Below, piece after piece: positions 11,247-23,099 of a DNA stretch of 64,000 bases. The notes under the pieces are model-generated. The model was not told where the DNA came from, made no database searches, and saw only the letters and a program-made list of their open reading frames with translations. The DNA comes from Podarcis filfolensis (Eukaryota). Each line of letters opens with the position of its first letter. Position 1 is the first letter of the stretch. Where the stretch lies: NCBI GenBank assembly GCA_964270895.1, contig OZ185439.1; one strand, 5' to 3'. The translations under genes were made by a program, and so were the position numbers.

Positions 11247-12916
11247 ATATGCATATCCCACCTCATCTGATTTGTTTGTGACACCTCAGACTCCTTACAT
11301 TAAGACAAGAATGAGTTGACAGAAAGTAGATTTTGATGGTGGGGTACTATGAGAATCAGGACCATGTTAGGCAAGTTCAATGAAAATAGATTTCTCTATA
11401 ATATCATATTCTGATGGGTAGTTGTAATCTTTCCTTAAGATATATTTAAGATAGGTACAATATTGCCAGGTAGAGTCTAGTTCACAGTAGAACAACTACA
11501 AATACAAATGTCCATATATTTGCATATATAAACATGCAGCAAATGGTGTGGACCTCTTGTAGAAAATCTATTTTTCTCTCATGATTGTGGAGAAATGGTA
11601 GGAAACGTTCGCAAAACCCAATCCATGTCATTAGTCCTTATAATTTCATTCATTATTGGGCCCCACACCGTTAAAAATACAATTCCATTGTGCAATATAC
11701 TGTGTAATTAAGATCATCCAACATGTTTGCTGGAACTGTGATATTTTGAAAGCAAACCAGCTGTAAAATAGGGATTTCTGGAATCACATAGCACTCGCCC
11801 TGGGTGACATCTTTGTATCATGTACACTGTCAGGGTGTGAGACCACGAAAGCTTAAAAGCAATGAATTACTTCCTTTTAGAGACCAGCTGGTAAAGTATT
11901 GGTATTGCTCCTGGGAAATTTTGACCTAATCTCATTTCAGACAATGACTCATTTAGATAAGTCACTTTCAACCTCAGTTCCTTAATTTGGGTGGGGATTT
12001 GTAACATTAGCCAACCTCACCAAATTGGGTTTTTTTCTGAGGGAAAGCAATAAAATAATGTAACACTCTTCATAGTAGAATCCTAGGCATGATTACTTAG
12101 GAGTAAGTCCCAACATGTCCAAAGGAATTTAAGGTTGCAATCCTGTGTACACTTACCTGAGAGTAATCTCCACACACACAGCAGGACTTCTGAGAAAACG
12201 TACAAACAACTGCGGCCTTAGATTGTAGTGTGCATGTACAGGATTACACCCTTATCCTATTAAAAATATAAATACTTTGTGATAATTAGCATTTAACTAG
12301 AGCTCAACTCAATAGCCATACAGTTCCTACGCAATCAGATCCTGTGCCTCATTCTAAAATATATCCTCATTCCATGCAATTTATCACCTGACCTGCATTT
12401 ATTAAGAATATCCCACTGAAATCTAGAGGATGTAGAAATGAACTAAGAACACCAAACCCACCCCCAATAATCTACTTTTAAAATCTGACCAAACTATAAA
12501 AGAAATTTTTTTTAAAATAATAATAACAACTTGCTTGTTTAATAAAAGGAAGAGTAGAAAATATGTGTGGGTTACATAGGGTTGCCACAGCTCCCCACAA
12601 TGCCAGTGATTCCCATCAGCTGCCTGAAAGAGACCGCTTTTCACAACTTGGAAGTACAGTGAAAGTAAGAACTTCACCTGCTGAATTTCTGCTTGTCGGT
12701 GCCAGTGTGGTGATGTAGTGGTTACAGACAAGGTCTGGTTAGAAGACTAAGGATTGAAGCAACGCAGGTGGGATCCCAAATTCAGCCACGAAGCCACTGT
12801 ATCGTGAGAGTTGTGAGAATGAAACGAGGGAGAGAAGGGGGAACCATATGGGAAGCCTCGACCTCCTTGGAGGAAAGTCGGGATGAAAATGATTTTTTGA
12901 TATACTTTTTTGCAAA

Positions 12917-12996
12917 GCCGCCCAGGGTGGCTGGGGGCGACCCAGTCAGATGGGCCCCGGGTACCAATGATAAAATAATCATTTTTATTATTATTA
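12917..12996 (+). mobile_element. LINE (L2-type) 3' tail fragment
   Basis: CCGCCCAGGGTGGCTGGGGGCGACCCAGTCAGATGGG followed by an (ATT)n-like tail. Confidence 0.6.
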
Positions 12997-13019
12997 GCCT
13001 GGGCTCTTGACTTCCTGCC

Positions 13020-13560
13020 TCAAGAATGCGCGTCCCCACCTCGCAGCGCGCGCCCAAAGTCAGAGCAGGGGAAGTCCTAGTAACGAAACCACGCCCGTTC
13101 GCCGTTGCCACAGCGGCAGCTCTTCCCCCTTCCGTCTCGAGCGGAACCTTTGCGACGAGGCTCCGGGGCAGAAGCGGAGGGAATTCGCAGGCGGCCCTGG
13201 CGCAGGCGGGGAAAGAGGCGAGGCCTACAAGGCACTGGCGGCTGCTGCTGCTGCTTCTGTTGGTGCCGCTGGAAGCCGCTTCCTTTCTCGTCGCTGGCTG
13301 GCTGGCTGGCCGGTCGGGGTGAGTGTCCCTCGTGCTGCAAGCCCAGTCCCCTTTGGGGGCGCCGCGCCCTGCTCCTCCTCTGTCCCGGCGCCGAGGAGGA
13401 GGCGCTGCAAGGGGAAAGGAAGCCGGGCGGGAAGGTCACCGCGAGGGAGCCCGGCGGCGGTGGCTGCTCCTTTCGCTTTCATATTCCTTCTCGGGCTCGT
13501 CTGGACCGTGTCAAGCGCCTTCCTGTGCAAGCTCTTTCGAGAGGCCTCAGAGCCTGGGTG
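13020..13560. promoter_or_regulatory. ATAD1: ATAD1 CpG-island promoter
   Basis: Isolated CpG-dense island 3.5 kb upstream of the ATAD1 start-codon exon. Confidence 0.8.
13100..13318 (+). other. ATAD1: Probable ATAD1 non-coding exon 1
   Basis: Strong donor GGG|GTGAGT at 13318/13319 inside the CpG island; no ATG in the segment; 5' end approximate. Confidence 0.55.
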
Positions 13561-13584
13561 ACTTTGGGGGGTGGAAGGCGAGTC

Positions 13585-13642
13585 TCTGGGAAACCCAGCC
13601 AGGTGGGCGGGGTATCAATAATAGATTATTATGATTATTAAT
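13585..13642 (+). mobile_element. LINE (L2-type) 3' tail fragment
   Basis: GGGAAACCCAGCCAGGTGGGCGGGGTATCAATAATAGATTATTATG; same family as 12917-12996. Confidence 0.6.
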
Positions 13643-14099
13643 ATATTGTCTCCTCCCCCCTTATGTGGTCTTGCCTTCCCTTTTGTGCGCTTGCCAGGCT
13701 CAAAGCCCACCCACCCCGCTTTAAGGTCAGTCTCCTCCCGCTGACCCAAGGTCACCCCAGGCATTGGTTTCTCCATTTCCTCCCTCCGCATCCCTCCACA
13801 AAAGCTACCTGTACGGGTGTCGTTAACACCGCTCAGAGCACTTGGCATCTATGCATTGCTTTGCAAGCAGCCTTCCCCAGCCTGGTGCCCTCCAGAAAGT
13901 TTGGGCTACAACTCCTACCCTCCCTGACCATTGGCCATGCAGGCTGGAGGGGGGGAGTAAGGCGTCCCTGCTGGTAAACGGGCTCCAAGCTTTTATGGGG
14001 ATTTATATACGGATAGCAACACCTTAAACTGGGCCCAGTAGCCAAATTGGCAACCAGTGCAGGTTTCTGAGGAGAGGTGTTGTATGCATGCATGCATGG

Positions 14100-14600
14100 T
14101 CTCATTCCTTTCAGCAATCCTGCTGCAGCATTTTGCAGTCATAGAAGCTTCTGGTCCAAGCATGAGGGACGTCCCGTATAGAGTGCATTGCAGTAATCCA
14201 GGCTTGAAGTAGCTAATACAAGAACTACTGTGGTGGTAGTTTACCAGTTGCAGCTATTAAAAGGTCTTCTAGCCACCGAGGGCTCATTCATACTTCTGCT
14301 TGTTCTCTGCTTTCTAGGCACAGGTTCAAGCTGTTTTGCCTTTGCCATGCTGCTTCCTCCCTGTGGAACACACTGCCAATGGGAATTCAGTGGGCGCCTT
14401 TTGTAACAACTTTTAAACGCCTGTCAGGCCTATGCAGGCAATTAAGAGTACATCCCCCATAATTGTCTACTGAAGTTTGTTTTTAATTATTTTCCTTTTA
14501 ACTTGTTTTCCTTTTTTATTATTTTATTGTATGGTTTAACATTTTTATATTGTTGTAAACCACTGTGATATTTCTATGATACAATGGTATATAAATATTT
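14100..14600. mobile_element. Degraded LINE (L2-like) fragments
   Basis: Recognisable L2-type segments (ATTGCAGTAATCCAGGCTTGAAGT; CTGTGGAACACACTGCCA; TTGTAAACCACTGTGAT tail); boundaries approximate. Confidence 0.45.
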
Positions 14601-16621
14601 TTTTTTTTACAAATAGCACTCCCTGCCTTGCTTCTCTGAGTGTTCAAATAGTTGTCCAAGGCTGCAGTCCTAACTCCCATTTACCTGGAATAAGTCCCAT
14701 GGAATTCAGCGGGACTTCTGAGTAGATAGGGTTAGAATTGTGCTACAAATGTTGTAACGTGCTGTTCATCATGTCAGTGCTTCTCACTGAAGTTGGAGCT
14801 ATCACAACGCAGGTTAATAGTACTGTGGTCCTGGCTCTTTTAACTCAGCTTTTTAAAGAAACTCAGAAAGCAGGTAGAGAATGTCATACAATGCCTATGC
14901 ACTTGGCACATCTTAGCTAAGCAGCCTGGCAGCATAGGACACTGGTGATATGTGAGGTCTGTCACGTTCTTGATGAATCCAATTTTTGCGACCCTGAGCA
15001 GGCAACAAGAATTGTGACTACAATGCACCTGACAGGCCACAGCTTATTGATAATATTCTGTATATGGCTTGAGGGCTTCAGCTTTTGGCTGTATGTGGCA
15101 TACTAGCTATGGATGCTTGACCACTTTCTGGCAGATAATTAGTACCTCTTGTAGTCTACTGGCCTTACATTTGATTTGTATTTGCTTCTATGTAAATGTT
15201 CCTATTTAAGAAAAGAGAAGACTTAAGAGTGGTAAACTTAAATGTAACTCTTTAAGTCAATATATAATATTGAGTGATGTAATTGGCTCAACTTTAATGA
15301 AACTACAGTATTCTTTTCACTGAAGAGCTAGAAGAGGCAATTAGCTGTTTGTTGACATTCCCATTATGTTATGGACAAACATTTAGATCTAAGTTAACTC
15401 AGTTGTTTTGAATGTAAGAAGAAACACTGAGATAATGTAAATTTCCTTCTGTCTTCTCAAATATCCTTGTTGTGGGCTTTGGTGCTCTTCGCAGGGGGGG
15501 ACATTTTCCACCGAAAAAGCTATTTTTAGTACCAGAAGTTCTGCTTATAGTAAATTAAGCACTGTTGAAAGGGGGGGAAATGACGCATGTTATGAGAAAA
15601 AGATAAAAAGGTTGTGTTTAGTTGACACAAAATCTCAGTTTGAATTAAGATTAGGAAATATGTTTGGGCATCAGGATTCAGTCTCTGTGTGGAATTGCTT
15701 TGCATTAGTTCAGAATGCAAAATTATCAGTCTTGTTGGTTGCAGGGAGGGAAGGGGGACCATAGAGCAGGGTATGAAGTAAAGTGACAATAGATGAATAA
15801 TTCTGATCAATAAGTACTTGTAAAAAATGCAGGCATAATATATCCACAGGGCAAATAATCAATTTGACCCAAATACCAAGTTGACTGCCGTGTGCCTCTC
15901 TCCAGTTATTCTCTTCCGTTGCAGTAGGCTCTAGGTTAGCCTACGGCTTGAAGCCATTGATGTGTTTTAATTGCAATCATTAGTTGGAGCATAAGCTGTA
16001 TGGAAGCAGAGTGGAAAGTGAGAGCAAAGACTCTTAATAGGTGCCTTCTTTGTTTTTCTTGGTCTTCAGCTCCTTCCATGTATGTGAGATTTGGTTGGAA
16101 CTCCATCCACGTTGTATGACTTTTTTGTACTGCCTCTGTCCCATCTGTGGTGTAGTACATTTTTGTATCAATATCATATATGAAGGTAATGCATTCTCAT
16201 ATTTTATCTGGAGGATCCATTCTAAGGGCAATGCCCACAGGTCCCCAAAATTATGTAGTTCTGGGTCCATGTATCAGATATGGCTCCTGGCAAGAGTTTG
16301 TACCTGAAGAAGGGCTGAAACATTTTGTGTGTGTTAAACTGATGCACGAGTCCTTTTGGACCCAGAAAAGGGTAGAACAAGGGGTGTAGCAGGCTTATGC
16401 ATGCTCGGCCAACACATGCAGGAGCCAGGAATGGAATCCCCATGCAAATTAGTTGCCACCTCTGTTTGTAAAGGCAGTAGTAGAAAGCAGCATTTTCACA
16501 GTGCAAGGCCTATGAATTCAGGTAATGTTTGCAGTTTGCAATTCCCTCTAGTATCCAGAACTTAGCAGCTGTAATTCTTGCTTGGTGCGTCTAAGGCTGA
16601 GGACATTCTGCAGGCTTCATA

Positions 16622-16836
16622 CAGTGGTACCTCGTTTTGAGTCTGCCACATCGAGTGTCCATTTTGTTGAACATCCGCAGCAAACCCGGAAGTACCGGAA
16701 CGGGTTACTTCCGGGTTTGCCGCATGAGCAGAAGCGCAAACCGCTGAGTGCGCAGAGCGGCGCTTTGCCGTGTGTCCTTTTCGTCTAGTGTCTGGGGCTC
16801 CAGAACGGATCCTGGTCGCAAAACAAGGTACGACTG
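16622..16836. mobile_element. Tc1/mariner-superfamily MITE in ATAD1 intron 1
   Basis: Imperfect TIRs CAGTGGTACCTCGTTTT...AAAACAAGGTACGACTG, TA flanks, internal hairpin GCAAACCCGGAAGTA...TACTTCCGGGTTTGC. Confidence 0.85.
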
Positions 16837-17046
16837 TAGTGGTATAGACTGTTTTTAAATACTGTATATCTTAAGATGGGAACAGTGCTTCAGATGACTG
16901 CAGTTCCTTGATAGCAAGTAGGAATAAAGACGCATGAGCTGGACACATCAATAGTCTTGCCACTTTGCCAGTTAAACACAATATGAAAACACCCTTTTAT
17001 AAGAACTTTCTCTTTCCTTTCTTTTGTCGTAGGTGAAACAGGCAAA

Positions 17047-17208
17047 ATGGTACACGCTGAAGCCTTCTCTCGTCCTCTTAGTCGGAATGAAGTTGTAGGT
17101 TTAATTTTCCGATTGACAATATTTGGTGCTGTGACCTATTTTACTATTAAGTGGATGGTAGATGCAATCGATCCAACAAGGAAGCAAAAAGTAGAAGCTC
17201 AGAAACAG
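17047..17208 (+). CDS. ATAD1: ATAD1 coding exon 1 (MVHAEAF...EAQKQ)
   Basis: Acceptor AG at 17031-17032, ATG at 17047, donor CAG|GTAGGA. Confidence 0.97.
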
Positions 17209-20200
17209 GTAGGAGCATATAATAAAATATTTCTTCTTAAATATCAATTATTCAGAATGTTCATTTTGGAGCATAAAAGCCAAGTGGGAAGGCCAAGTGC
17301 TCAAGGACGTTTTCTAAATCCTTATTGTTGTCATTAATGGCTGCTAATATTTAGACTGGGAGTGAGGAACTGAATCTGGCCAATGGTGGGCCATTTTTAG
17401 AGGAGGTACAAACTAGTCAATCATCTGATGTCACTGTGGTGTCAAGTGACCAATTTTCCTATGTGCTGTAGTGAATTAAGCCACGCTAGAAAGGAAAATC
17501 CAAGCCCAAACAAACAGGGCTTTAAAGTGACTGCCAGTGTTACGCTCCACTTCTTGCTAGATCTCACAAAGCTTAAAGTCAGTACCTGTCAGCTGAGAAG
17601 TTTGGAGCCTGGACCTACTCTCACTCACCTTTCACATCCCTGGTCTAGGATTTTTTTAAGGAAGAGGGTAAGCAGTAAGGCACTTGCCTGCTTTCCAGCT
17701 TGACTTTCATGGGGCATTTCCTCAAATTTGCCCTGAGCAAGTGGTGGCAAAGCAATCAGCCCCCCGCCCCTTTACCAGGTCAGTTAAGCCACTTTTTGCT
17801 ATGCCCGCTGCTCAGCATGGTCTGAGACGCAAGAGCACATTTGATTTGCTGCCCCCCTTCAAGCTTCTGGAAAGTACTTGCCACATTTTTTGGATTTGCA
17901 TCACTAAAGGCGGAAGAAGGAAGGAAAAGCAGAAGCCAATTTTACACGCACACAGTGCCTTTGCTAGAAGCCTGATCTGCTTTCCCATGAATCACTTCCC
18001 TCTTTTTCTAATCCACACACAAAAAAATCACGAACCTGCAAACGCACACCATCTAACTGATACAAAATCAGCTGAGGAGCAGGAAGAGGTATGTGCACAT
18101 TCACATGTAAGTGTGAAGTGGCTTCACCCACCATGGACATGTGGCCGACGGCCAACTAGCCATGAGTGAGTGAAGCCCTAGGGCTATAAATGGTCCTAGG
18201 CTCCTGGGCTAGTTAGAAATATAGGAAGAGGAGTCAGACTATTGATCCATCTATCTTAGCATTGTGTGCTGACTGGCAGTGTCCTTTCATACAGGAGTCT
18301 TCCCAGTCCTACCTGGAGATACCAGGGATTGAACCCAGGACATTCTTCACACAAAGCACTTGCTCTGCCACTGTACTATATCCCTTACCCAAGCGTTGAT
18401 TTATGTCTGCCCTGCATCAGTTGGTCTTACGTGGTTGTTGCATTGTTCCTTTTTTGAAACCACAGGTGGTGGTTGTTTTTTTGCTGAGGAAATATTATTT
18501 CCCCCAATAGTGTATGTTGCTGTTTTAATTCCTGCATGAAAGTCAGCTGAGTTTTTTGTCACAGCATCTCCCTCGAATATTGTTCGTAATATCACAGAGG
18601 AAGACCCTGAGACACTGGCCTCGTTCTGTTTACTTAACCTGTTGAACAATTATCAAATAACAGAGGAGTCACATTTTAACTAAAAGGGGTGGGGGTGAAG
18701 TCACACTACATTCAAACAGGTGAAAAATTTGACGGTTCTGTGTAAAGATCTTCGAATTTCAATTCTTCGGCTGTCTGTGTTTTCAAGTAACAACACACCT
18801 CCAAATTATTAACTTTAAAAAGCGAACGGTGTAATGTTACTGAATGTTAACTTTTTTAAAAAAAACTCTTTATAGGCAGAAAAGTTAATGAAGCAAATAG
18901 GCGTGAAAAATGTGAAGCTGACAGAGTATGAAATGAGCATTGCTGCACATCTCGTAGACCCTCTTAGTATGCACGTAAGCCTCTCTCTCTCTCACTTTTT
19001 CTTACTCATTTAGAAAAATGGTGCTTCAGGGAGATAGTAAAGTGTAGTATTTGGGATAAAACTTTGTAAAATGCAGCTGCTGTTACTCATGTAGGGATTA
19101 CACTCTAATAAATTAAGAGTCTTCCTAACTTAGGAAACTTCCAAGTGTTCCTGACTGTTTTCTAGCACGAAATCATCTTCTATGTTTTCCAGAACAAGAC
19201 GTGGGTCAGGAGACTTTACTTCAGGGCCAACTATAATCTGCTTTGCATATCACAAAACTAATTATAATTGCAGTCAGATCTGTACAATACAGATAATGTG
19301 ATCCTATTCATGTTTACTCGGAAGTTAGCCACACTTAGTTCAATGAGATGATTTAGGATTGCATCTTAAATCGACTTAAAACATGATAATCAAAAAAGTA
19401 ATACCACAGATCTTACTGTGGCTCCACTCTTATCTGCTATATCTGAATACACACAATTACAGATAGCCATAAACTTCTTTAGCTGAGAATGTGACTGTTT
19501 TCTTACTTGATGATGACTCTTTAATATTGTATTTGTGCCTCAGGTAACATGGAATGACATTGCAGGTTTAGACGAAGTTATTACAGACCTGAAGGACACA
19601 GTAATTTTGCCAATCAGGAAGAAACATCTGTTTCAGAACTCCAGACTCTTACAGCCACCGAAAGGTAAGTATGGAGAGGTCATAGAGGACGTTTTCTTGA
19701 AACTGGCCATGGTAGATTTCACCTGCATTCAGACACTTGTATCTCATCTTAATAAACGAAGACATGAACAAGCCTTTTCAAGCACACACATAGAGCCCAT
19801 TTTCAGAGCAAGTGAGCAAATGAATCGGGAAGTCTTCTCTTAACTACAATTTTCTTTCTTCCGAAGCAGGAATCTGATTAATAGCTTTGGCATGAGCCAT
19901 GATTACCAAGCCATTATTATGATTAACACTTGCACTGATTGTACATAAATTAAAAGGTAAGATAGACCCTTCCTGCAGGCTAGTAATCCAATAGACATAC
20001 AAAAGGAAAAAGAATGGGAAGGGAAGAGAAAAGCAGGCACTAGAGCAGCTGTTCTTTCACTGGCCGGTGGAGTGATTGTTCTGCCCCTTGCCATGATATT
20101 CTTCCAGAGAGGCAGGGGCTAAGATTTCAAATATTCAATTAGTAGTAATCAAAAGGTTTAAAAGATGTTTCCTTAACAAAAAGCAAGAACCCTTTATGTT

Positions 20201-23065
20201 GAGAGTTGCAGAACCTGTATTTCTTCAGGTGTTGCTAGACTACATTTCCCATCACTCCAGGCTGGCCGGGGCTGATGGGAGTTCCAGTATAGCAATATCT
20301 GGAGAGCCGCAGGATCCTCTATTACTCTATGTGAACAGAAGAATACAGATTGAAACATTACTACCATTTCCTATGAATCTTGGTGAAACTAAGGCACAAC
20401 GCTATGTGTATTTACATGAGAGCAACTTCCGGTGAACTCAGTGGGATTTATTTCCAAATACACCTTTAATTGCTAAGCTATATGCAACCAGTGCTCTTTA
20501 ACTTTCAGCTGAACAGATCTTAGTGACAGTTTATGCCTCTGTTGCTCCCTTTTTTCTTCCATTGAGATCACTTTTGTTTTTACCAGAAAGATTGTAGCCT
20601 GGACAAAGTAACATGTTCAGGATTCATTGAGTATGGGAGCCATATATGAATGGCGGTGCAAATCTTGAGTATCCAAAGGCACTTAGGAGCAATCTTATTC
20701 ATAGCAAATGTGACTCTGTTGGTGTTCATGCTGTGTCTGTCAAACCAAGCGGCAATAAAATGTTAACAATGTGTTGCTTTTTAGGAGTACTTCTCTACGG
20801 CCCTCCAGGCTGTGGTAAAACCTTGATTGCCAAAGCTACAGCAAAGGAAGCAGGTTGCCGATTTATTAATCTTCAACCCTCCACACTGACAGACAAATGG
20901 TACGGGGAGTCTCAGAAGCTGGCTGCAGCTGTTTTTTCTCTTGCTATGAAGCTTCAACCTTCCATCATCTTTATTGATGAAATAGGTAAAATGCGTACTT
21001 TCTGTATGTAGTCATAGGAAAATATAATTGCATTGAGGTTTTAAAAATGAAATGAATTTCATCAGGTATGCATGCCTTATTTGGCAAAATATCAATGTTA
21101 AGAAGGCAGTCACTCCAAGCATAAGGAAATGCTTGGTAGCACAAGTTTAACTTGGTTGTAGTCAAAGATCTTTATTGCTAATGCCAAATATATGTGTACT
21201 CAGTATCTGGTGTTTACTGCAGGAAGAAATTGAAAGGTTTTCTGCTTTCATTTGGATGCAGATATTGATGATGTAACAGAGTTATCTCACCCACTTCAAC
21301 CTTCATTTACACTCACTATGAAGCTCCAAATTTCAAAAGTAATGTACAAATTAAACCTCTTTAAATTTTTGCATGTTTTAATTGTTTAGCTCTTAATTTA
21401 TTATTTACATATTGTCAATTTGGCTATTCCAGGAGCTGAACAATTAAAATATGATGGGGGGGAAATTAAAGTAACGTTTGCGTAATGTTGCACTTAGGTG
21501 TGAATATTATATGTTGTATGCCACTTAATTCTTACAAGAGTGAGGCAGGAGGCATGCTAGAGGGGGGAGAATTCTGAACCAAGCAAATACAATTTATTTG
21601 CCCAGAAGAAATCAATAATAGTTTGTGTTAATCAGTTTAGTACTGTACATTTGCATACTTCATTCTTTGTTGAACTTGCACTTTTTCATTCACTTTTTAA
21701 AATAGTAGTTGTGTGTTGGCAGATGAATGTATTGTTTAGGAAAAATAGTTGGAGGTGATGCTACTTAGAAGATATGACAGATTCTTCTTTTTTATGATGG
21801 CACATCCAGTTCTCTGAGAAACTAATCCTTTTCATCTAGAAAAATGAACAGCATTAGGTGAGGCAGCTTGTATTGCAGGATCTGAACAAAATTCACTTAG
21901 TTTGACATTCCTTGCAGTCTTCTCTCCATTCTTCCCATATCATAGTCAGAAGTAGTTTACTCTATGGCAAGAGAGGAACTGTGGGCTTCTTGCTTGAGAA
22001 ACACCAGCCAAGACCCCCCCCCCCTATAGAACTAGTTGTATGGTTTCTGGGAATCGTCTAGTGTTATGTAGTTGGTGCATGTTTATTCAATAATGTTCAA
22101 TACAACAGCAGTAGCCAGAATAATAAGATAAAATAGCCATGAGCACACACTTAATTCAAACGCTCTTAAAATTCAGATTCCTTTCTACGAAGTCGTTCAA
22201 GTTCCGATCATGAAGCCACAGCTATGATGAAAGCCCAGTTCATGAGTCTCTGGGATGGCCTGGACACCGACTATAACTGCCAAGTAAGTAATAATTTTTA
22301 AGAGAAAAGGGCAGAAATTTATATGCATAAAAAGGCCAGGACAATTTAAATGCTAAAGAGCAAGGACATGCAAAATTCATCCGTTTCTGCTAGCTGCAGC
22401 TAAACTGGTATTTTATTTTACCTTTTTGCCGTTCTTTGAGCTCTCTTTTCCTTGAGATCAAGGAATTAACACCAAGGTTCACTTTCCCATGTGGAGGTTT
22501 TAAAAGGTTGGACAGGAATGCCCCTCTCAAGGCAGCTACACAAGGCAGGCTCCTGGGACTTTGGCTTCAGTATCCTGTAGACGGCCACCAATCTTTCCTG
22601 AGATGATTGTCATATTGGGTATTTAATTGGATTCACTCTTACTTGGCTTGGTCGTGTGTGTAAGGAAGCCTTACTTCATTCAGGAAAAGGGTAGATGACT
22701 CTGGCAGTTGAGATCTGTATCTCTGAAGCATCTCAGATTAAGAAACTTGAGGTGGTGATCTCATAACCACAGAATTTTGTGGTTGCCACCACAGAGATCA
22801 GAGAGGGACAAGGCCTCAAGTCAGCTTTGCAGGAGGGAAATTGGCGTGCAAGTTACAGATAAAGCCTCTCTGTCCAATATAGGCTTACAATAGGAAGCCT
22901 CCAAAATTTCAATGAGATCTCATATGCTCAGAGGCTCTGGTGATATCTTTGGCTCCCACTACTAATGACTAGTATTGCCCTGTTGGCAGGCCAGTACCTC
23001 ACTTTCTCCTCTGCATAAAGGGGAATTCTTTTGGCATGGTTTGTCTTTTCAACTCTAGAGGGCAG

Positions 23066-23099
<34 letters not shown>

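Noticed and set aside
13007-13641. Overlapping 100-184 aa ORFs at the ATAD1 CpG island
   Set aside because: Typical GC-rich promoter artefacts in several frames and both strands; no domain-like features.
18401-18649. 82-aa minus-strand ORF in an ATAD1 intron
   Set aside because: No recognisable motif, start or splice context; length is within chance expectation.
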